From contig JAUZTB010000127.1 of assembly GCA_034780895.1 (NCBI GenBank), forward strand, positions 66,379,231 to 66,443,230: a stretch of DNA of 64,000 bases, read 5' to 3'. This document shows, piece after piece, positions 51,826 through 64,000 of this stretch. Below the pieces are notes generated by a model. That model was not told where the DNA came from, did not search any database, and saw nothing but the letters and a program-made list of their open reading frames with translations. The stretch comes from Rhynchobatus australiae (taxonomy: Eukaryota). Within the stretch, counting starts at the first letter, position 1; every line of letters starts with the position of its first letter. The position numbers and the translations under genes are program-made.

Positions 51826-54800
51826 CCTACCTGCCCTCAAAGACTGTGAAACTGTTCAAACCAGCTTTCCTTTTGATGTTAAGTACTGACTGCATTTATG
51901 TAATTTAAGCTAGGCCTGTCATTTTTGTCATAACTTTTTCTTCTTGATTACGTTAACACAGGGCAGAAAAAAGCAGGCAGCCTCTTATTCACAGCCTAAA
52001 TCATGTTAAAATACAATTACATCCTCATTGACTTATGAATAACATAAGGTTATATAAAAGCGGAAATGATGTCAGTATGAATTATTGGTGTTGTGTCTTT
52101 CAAAGAACAAATATTCCTTCCACATGTATCATATTTTCCATTTAATGTGAACAATTTATACAGTGGGAACTCCTCTAACATTTTGACTGATTTTAATATT
52201 CCGTTTTAACGTGTATTATCTGCTCAGTGCTGAGGTGCATAAACTTTACTGACACAAAATGATTTTCTTTCCTATGTTTCAGTCGTGCATTGCACATGGA
52301 AACGTTAAGCAGATATACTTATCAGATAATAAACGGCTTTCCTTCCCCTGGTAGCAATCTCCCTAAAGAATGAAATACACAGTTATGATATAAAGCTGTG
52401 ATATTTATCTTTGATTGATGTCCCACTCCTCCTCAAAGTAACAGCTAAATCTAGCTGTTCAGTGTGATTTCCTATAATCAACCCCACTCTGTTTTATTCA
52501 GGCTTGTGGGAGGATGTTTGCAAGCCAGTATTCTCTTTCCATTAGTTGGTTTAGTACTATAATGGTATCTGTGACCTCAGAACCTGTTGATTCTGCTTTC
52601 GCTGTGGCAATCCCAGTAAAGTTACAGCTCCTTCAGCAACAGAGACAAAAGCTGGTGCTGGCACCCACACAGCCTTTGGTTGTCACTGTTACCAACTGAT
52701 GCATTTTGGCAATAGCCTTAGTTGCCTACTGTGAATTTTTCTGCTTGTTACAACATGAAACCATTCTGGAGTTAAATGGTATAAATAAAAAGCTTATGTA
52801 CATTGGTTATTAAAAGTTAACTATGAATGCGTCAATATTAATAAATGGACTTAAGATTAAGATTTTACTATTCACCCCATTCATTTTTGTTCAGTTTGAT
52901 GAACTGTGAAGCTAGATGCAAAGATTTAGAGCTTCCCCAGGGCACCTGGTGTTTATGCGTTAACCCATATAAAATGTGGCAAGTTAGGACAAAGGCTTGC
53001 AGCACTAAACACCTTGCTACCAGGATGGGTTAAAGCTGCAGCTGCCAAGATTGCAAATATATGACCTGTCTGCCGTGTTGTGCTGTTTTTACTGCCCTGT
53101 GAGGTATTGGTTTGATTGTGTAATCTATTTATCTTGCGTGGTAGTTTGTAGATTTTAAAAAAACTCAGCCAGACCAGCGAATCACATTTTAATCAGAGTA
53201 TATGGAACTTTCTCAAATGGTCTTCAAGCTTTTGTTGGTGTAAGAGTGATCTGTAGATTTCATTAATAAATGACTAATGCTGATCAAAAACCAACATGCA
53301 CATGTTTAATTTGACTTTTCGATATCTAGCTTGTACTATATCTAATGTACTGACCAGGATCAGAGACTTTAAAATGCTCTTACAGTTTATTGGGAATTTG
53401 TAATAACATTACATGGATAACAGACACACAGTGGAACCCCATAGACACAGTTTTGGTTCTTTACTATTTCAAAATTAAAATTTCATTCTAGGTGCTCCGT
53501 TAAACTAATTCTAAATTTTTATTCCTATTGTTTTTGAAATTTGAAATGGGGCTGCTGTTGATTACTTTTTCAGGAGGGCAGTCACTGGTTGTGAAAAGTC
53601 ATTGAGTCTAGTATTGGGAGAACTGCTTTAATCCACAGGAAGACCGGAAGTATCCAGAAGGAGACCCGTATTCAGTCAGTGTTTGTTTCCATTATTTCTC
53701 TTGGCCAGTTTTCCCAATTATGTTGCCATTTGATGTTTAAACAATAAATTATGGCATTCTTGGGAGAAAAATTATTCTTTCTGACTGTGTGTAAATGGTG
53801 CTAATGGTGAGATTCTCTTTATGTAAACAGCAAACTTAAAATGGAAATTGTATTTCAATTCACATTCACAGTGGGCTGGATGTCCACTGATGGAAATAAC
53901 TGTTGTGTTAAGGTATAATTCGTAATAAATGTTGCATCTTTCTAATTTTTGCATTCAATCTTTCATAGCAATCAATAACATTTACAACAGATGTGATGCT
54001 CTATGGCCTCAAATTATCTGGAGCACCTTAGCACCCAATGATATCTGTCTATTAACAAGCTATTACCATCTCTTTGCCAGAAAATTCCCAATGCACTGTG
54101 ACCTCCCCTCACACATTTGTTTGTGTTTTTCTCACTGTTACAGAAACCATGAGAGTGTAAAGAAGCCAGTAATATGGATGATGTGATGGACTATCGCATT
54201 TATTTCAAACCTTCATTCTTGTCTGCCAGCCATTTTAGGAAGGACATGTGAATGGGATGCAAAAAATGGACAAATTGTTGCAAAGCTGCTGCAACTTGCA
54301 AATAAACACGTAATGCAAAACTGATTGTGATGTTAAGGTTCAAATGGGGCTTTAGCATGTTCGCTATAAATTTTTTTCAACTTAGACTCGTTTCAAGANN
54401 NNNNNNNNNNNNNNNNNNNNNNNNNNNNNNNNNNNNNNNNNNNNNNNNNNNNNNNNNNNNNNNNNNNNNNNNNNNNNNNNNNNNNNNNNNNNNNNNNNTT
54501 TCATGGTGAAGTTGGTTGGTCTTGATTCTTTTAAAAAATGTAATTTTTAAAATTTTCTGAATCTATCTTTCTTTTGTTAAAATACAAACAATATTATTTA
54601 AGCTTAACTGTGGTCTGTTCTTTTGCTAAGATGCATTTGCTTTGCATTTAAATATTTCTCTGCCACATTCTTGTTTCAGTAACTGCAGACTTTCTTCTGT
54701 CTTAATGGTGATCAAAATGGATAGCAGTTGAATCTTGGTGGGCCTTACCAGACTTACTAGATTATTACAATCTCTGCCATAAAAAGTGGAGAAGACACTT

Positions 54801-55223
54801 AAGGTCATTAATGAAGTACCTTGCTTTAATTCACTGCCATCTTAATATTGCAAGTGCATCACTAACCAGTGATCTTAACATGTAAATGTACACTTCATGC
54901 CTTGATAACACAGCATCTTGAATCAGGAAGATGAAGACAGAGAGTGACTGCACTTTTCATTCTTGGTTGGTTTTTCATAATAGAGAGACCGGCACAATGT
55001 CTCTAGCCTCCCCTGTTATAGCAAAGACATGGCATTCATTACCAGCTCTGCCCAGTGCAGAGGTCCTCATAGAACAAGATTCTGACTATGCTTCCAGCCA
55101 TGGTGTGGAAGAGTCCACAGTAACTCTGCCATTCTGCTGAACTGGAGAGAAGCTGTTCTGGTCTAGGAATCCACAAAAGTAGCAAAGGGCCCTTTGTGGT
55201 ACCAGTTGCTAATATCAAAAATG

Positions 55224-55229
55224 AATAAA
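55224..55229 (+). terminator. Candidate distal polyadenylation signal AATAAA
   Basis: AATAAA followed about 25-45 nt later by ctgtttgtgagtgttg (GU-rich downstream element); lies near the end of the repeat-free block. Confidence 0.35.
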
Positions 55230-55574
55230 ATGCTGCTGTGAAGTTTTCAACATCACTGTTTGTGAGTGTTGACAGTGAGCAATATTTTTAATCTTGAATG
55301 AAATACTTTTAAGGTAATTGTGGGGAGGCAATTAAAATGGAATGCGTAGGCAATGAGTTACCTAATTGGTTTCCACCCCACTTTTAAAATGTCTGAATTT
55401 TCAGGTCTGCATCAATGCCTGAGTCCTGCTGGAGCCTCACGCATGTATGCTCTGTGAAATGAGGTCCTATTACATCAGTAAATCCTTGACACTGTCTTGA
55501 TGTGGAAGCCCTGTAACCAAAAAGGAATTTCAGGGTTACATGAAAACTTTCCTTCCTGAGCCCAGAATTCCTGA

Positions 55575-57523
55575 AGAGTTAGAGGGTTACATTAGTGGGA
55601 GATTTTAAGTTCCCTGCTACTGGCTGGAGTGTTATAGGCCTGGACAGGGTGGAATTTGTGAAATGTGTCCAGGAAGGTTTCCTGAGTCAATATACAGAAG
55701 GCCCTACTTGGGAGGGTGCGATACTGGACCTTAGGGAGTGAGGTAGGGCAAGTAACTGAAGTGGCAATCAGGGAGCACTTTGGCTCTAGTAACCATAATT
55801 CTACTAGCTTTCAGATAGTGACAGTAAAGGCTAGGACAGGTCCATAAGTTAGGGTACTAAACCAGAGCAGGGCTAAGTTTGGGCAAATCAGGATCTTGCA
55901 GAGGTCAATTGGATGAGCCTGTTTGAAGGGAAAGGAACGAATAGCAAGTGGGAGGCCTTTAAGAGTGTGATATCAAGAGGGTCTGACCAAGTACATCCTC
56001 AGACTTTGTGGGAGGCTAGAGGGGAAATTGCAGAGGCCCTTGCGGAGATATTTGCTTCATCGTTAGCCACTGGTGAAGTTCTCGAAGACTGGAAGGTGGC
56101 TAATGTTGTTCCGTTGTTTAAGAAGGGTAGCAAGGACAAGCCAAGAAACTACAGGCCGGTCAGCCTGACGTCAGTAGTGGGGAAGTTACTGGAGGGAATT
56201 CTGAGGGACAGGACCTCCCAGCATTTCGATAGACAGAGTCTGATTAGGAGGAGTCAGCATGGCTTTGTGCGTGGAAAGTCGTGCTTAATGAATCTTTTAG
56301 AGTTTTTTAAAGAGGTAACTAAAAAGGTAGATAAGTTTAGCGTAGTGGATGTTCTCGATTTGGACTTTAGCAAGACTTTCGCCAAGGTCCCACATGGTAG
56401 GCTGGTCTGGAAGGTTAGGTGCCATGGAATCCAGGGAAAGCAAGTTAGCTGGATTCAAAATTGGCTCGGAGGTAGGATGCAGAGGGTGGTGGTTGAAGGT
56501 TGTTTCACCGAATGGAGGCCAATGACTAGTGGTGTGCCACAGGAGTTGGTGTTGGGACCTTTGTTACTCATTATTTATATATAAATGATTTGGATGTGAA
56601 TGTACAAGGCTTGATCAGTAAGTTTGCAGATGACACGAAATTAGGAGGTGCTGTTGATCGTGAAGAAGGTTATCTTAGATTACAGGGGGATCTTGATCAG
56701 TTTGAGAAGTGGGCCAAGGAGTGGCAAATGGATTTCAATACAGGTAGGTGTGAGGTGATGCATTTTAGAAAGTCAAACCAGCATAGGACTTATACTATGA
56801 ATGGTAGGGCACTAGGGAGTGTAATGGAACAGAGGGACAGAGGAGTACAAGTGCATAGTTCATTGAAAGCAGCGTCACAGGTAGACAGGGTGATGAAAAG
56901 GACATTTAGCATGCTGGCCTTCATCAGTCAGGGCACTGAGTAAAGGAGTTGGAATGTTATGTTGCAGTTGTATAAGTCATTGGTCAGGCCACACTTGGAG
57001 TACTGTAGTTTTGGTCACCCTGTTATAAGAAAGATGTGGTTAAACTGGAAAGAGTGCAGAAAAGATTTACAAGGATGTTGCCAGGACTAGAGGACCAGAG
57101 TTATAGGGAGAGGTTGATCAGGCTGGGTTTTTATTCCTTGGAACATGGGAGAATGAAGGGTGACCTTATAGAGGTTTATAAAATCATGAGGAGCATAGAT
57201 AAGGTAGATGTTAGCATCTTTTCCCCAGGGTAGAGAGCCCAAAACTATGGGCGTAGATTTAGGGTGAGGGGGAAAGATTTAAAAGGGACTTGAGGGGCAA
57301 CTTTTTCACACAGAGGATGGGTATATGTGAAACGAGCTGCCAGAGGAAGTGGTTGAGGCAGGTACAATAGTCTCATTCACTTGGATAGGTTCATGGTGGG
57401 GCAGGGCTTTGAGGGATATGAGCCGAATGCAGGAAATTGGGTCTAACTGGGTGGGCACCATCATTGGTTTGGACTTGTTGGGCCAAAGGACCTGTATCGG
57501 TGCTGTATTGCTCTATGACTCTA
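55575..57523 (+). mobile_element. CR1 LINE, 5'-truncated and internally deleted, relatively young
   Basis: Endonuclease motifs VGDF.FP...FLSQY.EGPT.EGAILDL...GSSNHN; RT motifs WKVANVVPLFKKG, NYRPVSLTSVVGKLLE, SQHGF, LDFSKTF, GVPQ and SKFADDTKLGG; 3' tail ctctatgactcta. Frameshift at ~56578-56582. Confidence 0.97.
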
Positions 57524-57799
57524 CCAAAACCCATTACATATGAAGTTTTTGTCTCTACAGTGACTCTGTGGACAAAATTTGATGTCATGGAACAGCAAAA
57601 ACTCGGACTTGGGATTCCTCAGTTTGTGGACAACGATTTGTTCCTAAGTGCAAATCACATATAAAGCGATTTAACTGATGTTAAATCCAGCTAATGATCA
57701 TCACCTGGAGAAATTGTGCTTGTCAGGGAATTGGCCAGTGAACTACTAAACATAATTTGTTCCAGCATTGCTTGATAATTTCTGCATTATATGAATTTT

Positions 57800-58273
57800 G
57801 AGCAGGATTAGACTACTTGGCCTCTCGAGCTTGGTCCACCTGTAAAATTTTGGCTCATCTGATTGCAACCTGAACTCTGCATTCCAGTTTACCCATCTTA
57901 ACCTATCACTCTCTTGTTTATCAAGAATCTATTTACTTCTGCCTTTAAAATAATCATAGCCTCTGCTTCCAATGCTCTTTGAGAAAGAGAATTCCAATGA
58001 TTCATGTCACACTAAAAAAAAGTATTTGTCCCATTTGTCTTAATGGGTGACCAGTTATTTTTAAACTGTCACCCCTAGGCATGTAATAGAACCAAAGACT
58101 TTTACAGCATGGAAATAGGCCCTTCGGCCCAACTCGACCAAGTTGCCTACCTGAACTGATCCCATTTGCCTGTGTTTGGCCCATATCCCTCTAAATCTTT
58201 CCCATCCAAGTAGCTGTCTAAATGCCTTTTTAATTGTACTTGCCTCTGCCACTTTCTCTGGCAGCTCTTCCAT
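57800..58273 (-). mobile_element. Two adjacent/nested CR1 3' ends
   Basis: An older copy (~57800-58080) is followed by a younger tail acagcatggaaataggcccttcggcccaactc...ctggcagctcttccat that runs into a gap. Confidence 0.8.
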
Positions 58274-59974
58274 NNNNNNNNNNNNNNNNNNNNNNNNNNN
58301 NNNNNNNNNNNNNNNNNNNNNNNNNNNNNNNNNNNNNNNNNNNNNNNNNNNNNNNNNNNNNNNNNNNNNNNNNNNNNNNNNNNNNNNNNNNNNNNNNNNN
58401 NNNNNNNNNNNNNNNNNNNNNNNNNNNNNNNNNNNNNNNNNNNNNNNNNNNNNNNNNNNNNTACTTCATATTTTCTCTTTGCCAACATATATTGGAGAGC
58501 TTGATGCAACCTACAATTTTCATTGACACTCAAAAAATCTAGAGAACACCAATGAGATTTCAATTATGATTAAGTCTTCATTCTGACATGTCATTTGAGT
58601 ACACAGCATCTGCCAGCCTCTGTTTTCAATGCTCAAGATATTTGAAACCTATATTTGAAGGCTATCATTGACTATAGCCTTTATTTGCAATGTTTGTCGA
58701 AGCTACACACTGCAATCTTTGCCTCACTGATCTTCCTCCAGTGATATGGGGAGACTTCTGGTGCAGATCTCAATCAGGGCAACAGGTGAGGGGGGAGGAG
58801 GGGTTGTCCCCACAACCTCCCTGTCCCTGTGATTTCCCTCATTTTCATCACAACCTCTTCTGCAGCTCCTATGGGAGAAATTCCTTTAAGGGCTGATGTC
58901 CTTCCCAGTGATCAGCCAAGGAAAGAGATGGCAATTGGGGAATTTTTCATGCAGCTCCCATCAGAAACAGCACAAATCCCTTTTTAAAGCTGCATTGTGG
59001 ATGTAAACCACAGTAACAAAGTTTTGAACACTGTATTGGCCAATTTTGATTTTTTTCTTGTGGGTGAACCGATTTGTCGTTGGTGCTATATGCAGTGCAC
59101 ATTCAGTGCAACAAAATTTTAAGCACTCCCTTTTTTAAAAAAAATGTTATTGCCACTGTAATGCTCTTGTGACTCCACTGCTACCCACACATCCTGCTGC
59201 CTCTGTTTGGATCCAAATATTCATTCTGGGATTTACCAAGCAGAGCATCAGAACATATACTTACTTCAAGAACAAATGCCATCAGCAAGACCAATTGATA
59301 TTTACTAGGAGCAAAGCAAAGTTTTGGATCAGGTTTGGGACTCTTGATTTGTGTGTGTTTTCCTACTTCAAACTCCAATTTGGGAGGGTGGGTGATAAGT
59401 TAATATTATCTTGTTACTGGCAGATTTCCATTGGCTGCTGTAAGAATCTAGAATGGCTTGCTGCTATTCATCAAGGGTCATTGTTGTTATAAACCCATTG
59501 CAAATGGGAAGATTTGACAGAAATATAGTTGTTCATAGTATAATGTCACCTTGAAAAATATTCTTTGCCTTTGTTGATTAAAGCACTGAAAATAAGATGA
59601 AGGGATGAGTTTATGATGGCAACAGGTAGGACTGGATTACGTGAAATGTGTTGTTTCTGGCCATTTCATTTTCTTCCATTAGCAGACTCCCTCCCCCATT
59701 AGCATTTGCAAATGGAAATTGAAGATATGTTAGTGCATCCAGGTATCTGGACTTTTGATATCGATAATTAATTAATTCAGATTTACTTTGAATAAACAAA
59801 CTGAAGTTTCTTCAGTCGATGTTCCCAAAGCAATTTCAAGCAATGTAGAAGCTTCACTTGTTAACTTGAATGGGCCTCAGTGAGTTGGGTAAATCTGACT
59901 GAGTTAAAATCAGATAGAAGGCTACGTCAGATCAAGTTAAGAGTAAGAATTGACTCTTCATTAACTAAATACAC

Positions 59975-60140
59975 TTCTCTTTTAGATGAGGCATTAAGCT
60001 GAGGTCCTGCCTGCTCTCTGTTGTGCCCATAAAAATGTACACTGAGTTTTTCAAAGAGTTCTCTCATGACCTATCCCTTACCTAATCCTCAACCAACACA
60101 AGTGAAGAGTACATGATCATGTATTTCATTCTGGCTGTGC
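59975..60140 (+). mobile_element. Deu-SINE-like fragment
   Basis: ttttagatgaggcattaagctgaggtcctgcctgctctct...atcctcaaccaacac. Confidence 0.5.
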
Positions 60141-63100
60141 ATAAGTGATTTTTAAAATTGTATATCAATCAGTTAGGTTATCTTTTTCTCTCTTCCCTCT
60201 GCCCACAGCAAGTGAACGATAAATGAATAAGTGACTCCTGGGTATACTATAATGAATCAAACATTTAAGAAGAGGAATATAGATAGAAATTGGCTGAAAA
60301 CAAAGGAGAGCCTGCTAATTCTGTTTAAATGCCACAGGCTCATTTTGCTTTTTTCTGACATCATGCATGAGCTATATTTGTCTGGCTGTGTAACTTTATA
60401 ATTTACATTCTCTATTACATTCCTCATGAGCAGTAATAATTGGAGCAGTTAATTTTCTTTTGGTATATTTTCCACTTTATTGCCTAGATTAGAATTCCAA
60501 GTTCCTCCCCAGACCTCCGAACAATTAGCCTTCCCTGTAACTAGTCACGATGGACAGGTAGCTTTAGTCGCTGGTGGCCGTGGTGATCTGCAGTACTGGT
60601 GGCTGGCCCGATAACGGACATGATGGGCAGTTAGTCATCTAATTTTCTTTACTAAGCTGCTCACTTGATTATGTCCCAGAGTTATTTGTGCGCTTTAATT
60701 TGCATTGTGAGTTTTTGCATGGTAGGAAGTTACGCACTCATCAGGAAGTGTGTACGTGAATGCACAAAGAAAAATCTGCTCACAGCCTAGGACGTGACAT
60801 AAGTGCCACAGATTAGTTTTCTGGGAGTGCTAGGATATTCATCCAGAATCCTCTAGAGAAACATCTCATAGTATATGTACTTCTAAAATTTATCAGCACA
60901 CCTTTATTAGCCCATGGAGAAGTGCGTAGCAAGGACACTCATACAGATATCAATCCACAGCTGCTGGCAGATCTGCTAGGTATTTCTACATTTTTTTCGT
61001 TTTCATGCAAACATCAACTTGAGGTTGTATTTAGTGAACTCTCAGAGGTGGAAGACAGCAAGAAATGCTGTTGTTTTTGGATCTAGGGCTGTTCTGTTAT
61101 TCATGTTCTCTGAGCTCAAGTATATGTTGTTGAGTCTCTGATTAATATCTATTTTCATTTATTTGACATGTTAATAACCATTTAATAGTTTCTGAGATTC
61201 TGTAGATAACGTGATTTGAAGAAAACTTACAAGATTTGGAAAAATAGAGAATATTTTACACTGAAATAGGATGGAAAATCAACTGCTTCCACCAACAGCC
61301 AATTTTATCTGTGGTATTCCTCAAGAAAATGTATAGCACTGGGGACTCACAGCAAGACTTGTAGGTTATGAAAGCTTTAATTAGCACGTTGTAAAAAAAA
61401 ATTCATTCAGTTTTAACATGCATATGAAGTGTATCCAATTGGAACGGATCTTAGGATTTGCTGGTGACTCCTTTCAAAGAGAGTGACTATCTAATCTACA
61501 AATAATATTGGTCTGATGACTATTTGGCCTATTTACTTTGTTCTAAAACTGATGTTGGGAGTTTTCAGGACTAACCTTTGTTCCCCTTAATTATATTGCA
61601 TGCATCATAAAATTCTAGTTGGGTTTATATTGGGCATAAAAGCTTTAACAGGGCATTAAACCTCTGCAAGCAATGTAAATAAAGAGAGAAAAAGAAGTTG
61701 TACAAGAAGACCTTAATTTTCCAGTTAAAAGCATTCACATCTTGTAAAATCTTTTAAAATTTGTTAGGTTTAGGCTGTGAAACCCAAAAAATGTTTTGAT
61801 AAGAGAGCACAGTTGATTTGAGTTTCTGTTTGGCATTGGGGATCTAATTTGTATCTATTCCAGATTGAAAATTTGGGAGAAAAAAAGAGGGTAGGTGCTG
61901 AGACTCTACACAACCTCAGTATCTGAATACAGTTGCACATTGACCCAGTGTAGAAATTGTAAATCTGATACACTTTCTCCACTTGAAACAGTTTTTAACT
62001 TCCTGTTCTCCAGACTGGGTGAACCATTGTCAGGCTTGGGAATAAAGTATTTTTCCATTCTTAATTGTTGCCATAAGATGTTAGAAACCATGGAGTTGCC
62101 CATCCTGAACTGAGGAATAATCACCATTTTGAAAATATCCATTATTATTTAGTCATTGAATTGGGTCAATATGAATTTTGGTGCTCTAGTAAAGTTTACT
62201 CTCTGAGGTTGAATACGACAATAGCCACATGGCTAGATATCAGGAAAATGTCCACCCAGGGTGATCCATGCCTTCAAACAATGGGAACATTAATTTGGAT
62301 TTTCTTAGATAGTAAGATTACCTTTACTAATATGGAGGGTTGACTATCTAGGTTGATGAGTTATTTCTGATTTGGTTTCTACATCTCACTCCAGATTTGC
62401 GCTATAAAAGTCTTGCATGTAAAAACTGTACACATTTAAAAACCCATTGTCAATTTCATTAACTTTAGTTGATGAAGTGTACAAATCCAGCAACTATCCA
62501 CATTTGACATACTTGTGCATTAGAGCAGATAAAATAGTGATTTCTAACTGAGGGAAATGTGCTGGTGAGGAATGAAGGGGTGGTCGGGTGTGATGGGTTT
62601 TGGGAACAGGAGACAGTTAAAAGAGAGATTTACTTAACTTGTTAACCCATGGGGCATATCCAAGAACTGCAGGTGGTGTATAAGTATATACCTGCCATTG
62701 ACCCTCTTATACTTCAGTCCCTATCCTAGGCAATGGTATTACTTGTCAATAATTTCAGCACGATGATATTGGAAATTCCATCTGTGTTTCTGCTATTCCG
62801 TTTTTAAATGAAATTTCTTGAAGGTGCAGAATTTCCTGCTTCCACTGTACAGTGCCCCACATACTGAAATATCACAGTTCAAATCTGGAATCATTGAAAT
62901 GACTTGTTTATCGGATCAAACCTATGTGATCCGCCTACAATTACCTGCCTTGTTTCATAGCTAAGGTTATTTATTGGTTAAACTCTTCTTCCAGTAAAAA
63001 CCTTTTGGAGTGATGTACATGAGGCCAAGAACTCTGTTAATTTTTCTCACACTGAATTGGGCCTCCGTGGGGGTGAGGGTCAGGTGTGGGAAGGAAACAT

Positions 63101-64000
63101 ATTGCCCCATGATTGTTGGCCAGTTCCTTTGTCTCTTATTTTGTCTAACCTGCTTTCTCTCACACCCTTCCCAAAATCTCAGGCCTCCAGAAGGTGTTCA
63201 GCCCTTTCTGATGTATATTCCAGGGCTGCACAGAGCTCACCAAGAGTTTTCTACATATTAATATTGATAGCACATATAGACATTTAGTTTTTGCAGGAGT
63301 TTCAACGGGAGAATATTTCAGCAGATTCACATTCAGATAACTGCACGTGTTAATCAAATTCCTGGGGTCACTAATTAACAATCAAGAGTTGGGACCCTGA
63401 GCAAATTTGCATGCTGAGGATATCTAACCTGAGGCTAAAAAGAGAGTTGGGTAGTAATGACTGTACTACTCTCAGCCTCTTATCTTGGTCCCCACTTCTG
63501 TTATGTGAGGTTCCTATTCAACTTGAGCTGGAATCGCCTCATGGCCAAAAGAATTTTGGGTGAGAGGAGGCCACCAGCTCTCCAGCAGAAGGCAATTGGG
63601 TCAAGGAAGAGGAGAATCCCCAAACGGATCGCTAGAGGTTTCCTTTTGAGGCCCAAAGAGCTCTCCTTCTTCAAGGAAACAATCATCCTGATAACTTACC
63701 TTCCTGTCCCTTGGTGAGGTCCTGATCATGGCTGATGTTAGCTTTGTGTGTATTGTGTATGAGGCATATAGTCCCAGATTTAAAACCCTTTAGGTTCCAA
63801 ATACCATCATTTGTCTTATACTCAAGCAGCTATAATGCCCCAACCTGGAAATAAGGATGGCATTGACAAGAATGCTGAGCTGAGCTCTTGGTACTGATGT
63901 TATAATGTTTGTACATTCATTTTGTGTTAGATAGAGTTTAAAATCAGACTTATAGAGTTTGCTCTGTTCTGCTCTTCTGTTAACTGCATTACTGGACAAG

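Larger units (their letters stand above)
51687..55260 (+). other. Probable long 3' UTR of the KLF gene (end uncertain)
   Basis: AT-rich with no recognisable TE fragments from the stop to about 55570. Several AATAAA hexamers (e.g. 52328, 52784, 53924, 54301, 55224); the last is followed by a GT-rich tract. Confidence 0.5.

Overview
This is vertebrate nuclear DNA from a gapped draft assembly. The repeat content (V-SINEs, Deu-SINEs, several CR1 families, Penelope remnants) suggests a cartilaginous fish, possibly a ray, which is inference. Most of the window is one + strand gene, a Krueppel-like factor of the KLF3/8/12 CtBP-binding group, best called KLF8. Four coding exons splice in frame with GT-AG boundaries: 16464-17031, 28530-28668, 38993-39141 and 51505-51686. 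Together they give 1038 nt, i.e. 345 aa plus stop, with a PVDLS motif and three C2H2 fingers. The 5'-most coding exon(s) were not confidently found. About 3.9 kb of apparently repeat-free sequence follows the stop codon (probable long 3' UTR). The introns and flanks are full of decayed mobile elements: CR1, L2, Rex/Babar and RTE LINEs, Penelope-like elements with decayed hammerhead ribozymes, a Gypsy pol fossil, a PIF/Harbinger transposase fossil and a Tc1-like element. Almost all other ORFs in the supplied track are spurious or TE debris. I found no convincing wholly new biological system. The most interesting observations are a triple 11-aa SUMO-motif repeat in the KLF8 repression domain, the KLF8/KLF12 mosaic character of the protein, two long intronic hairpins beside assembly gaps, and a TSD-flanked fold-back Penelope mini-insertion. 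Comparisons to human proteins and repeat consensus motifs are from memory, not database searches.
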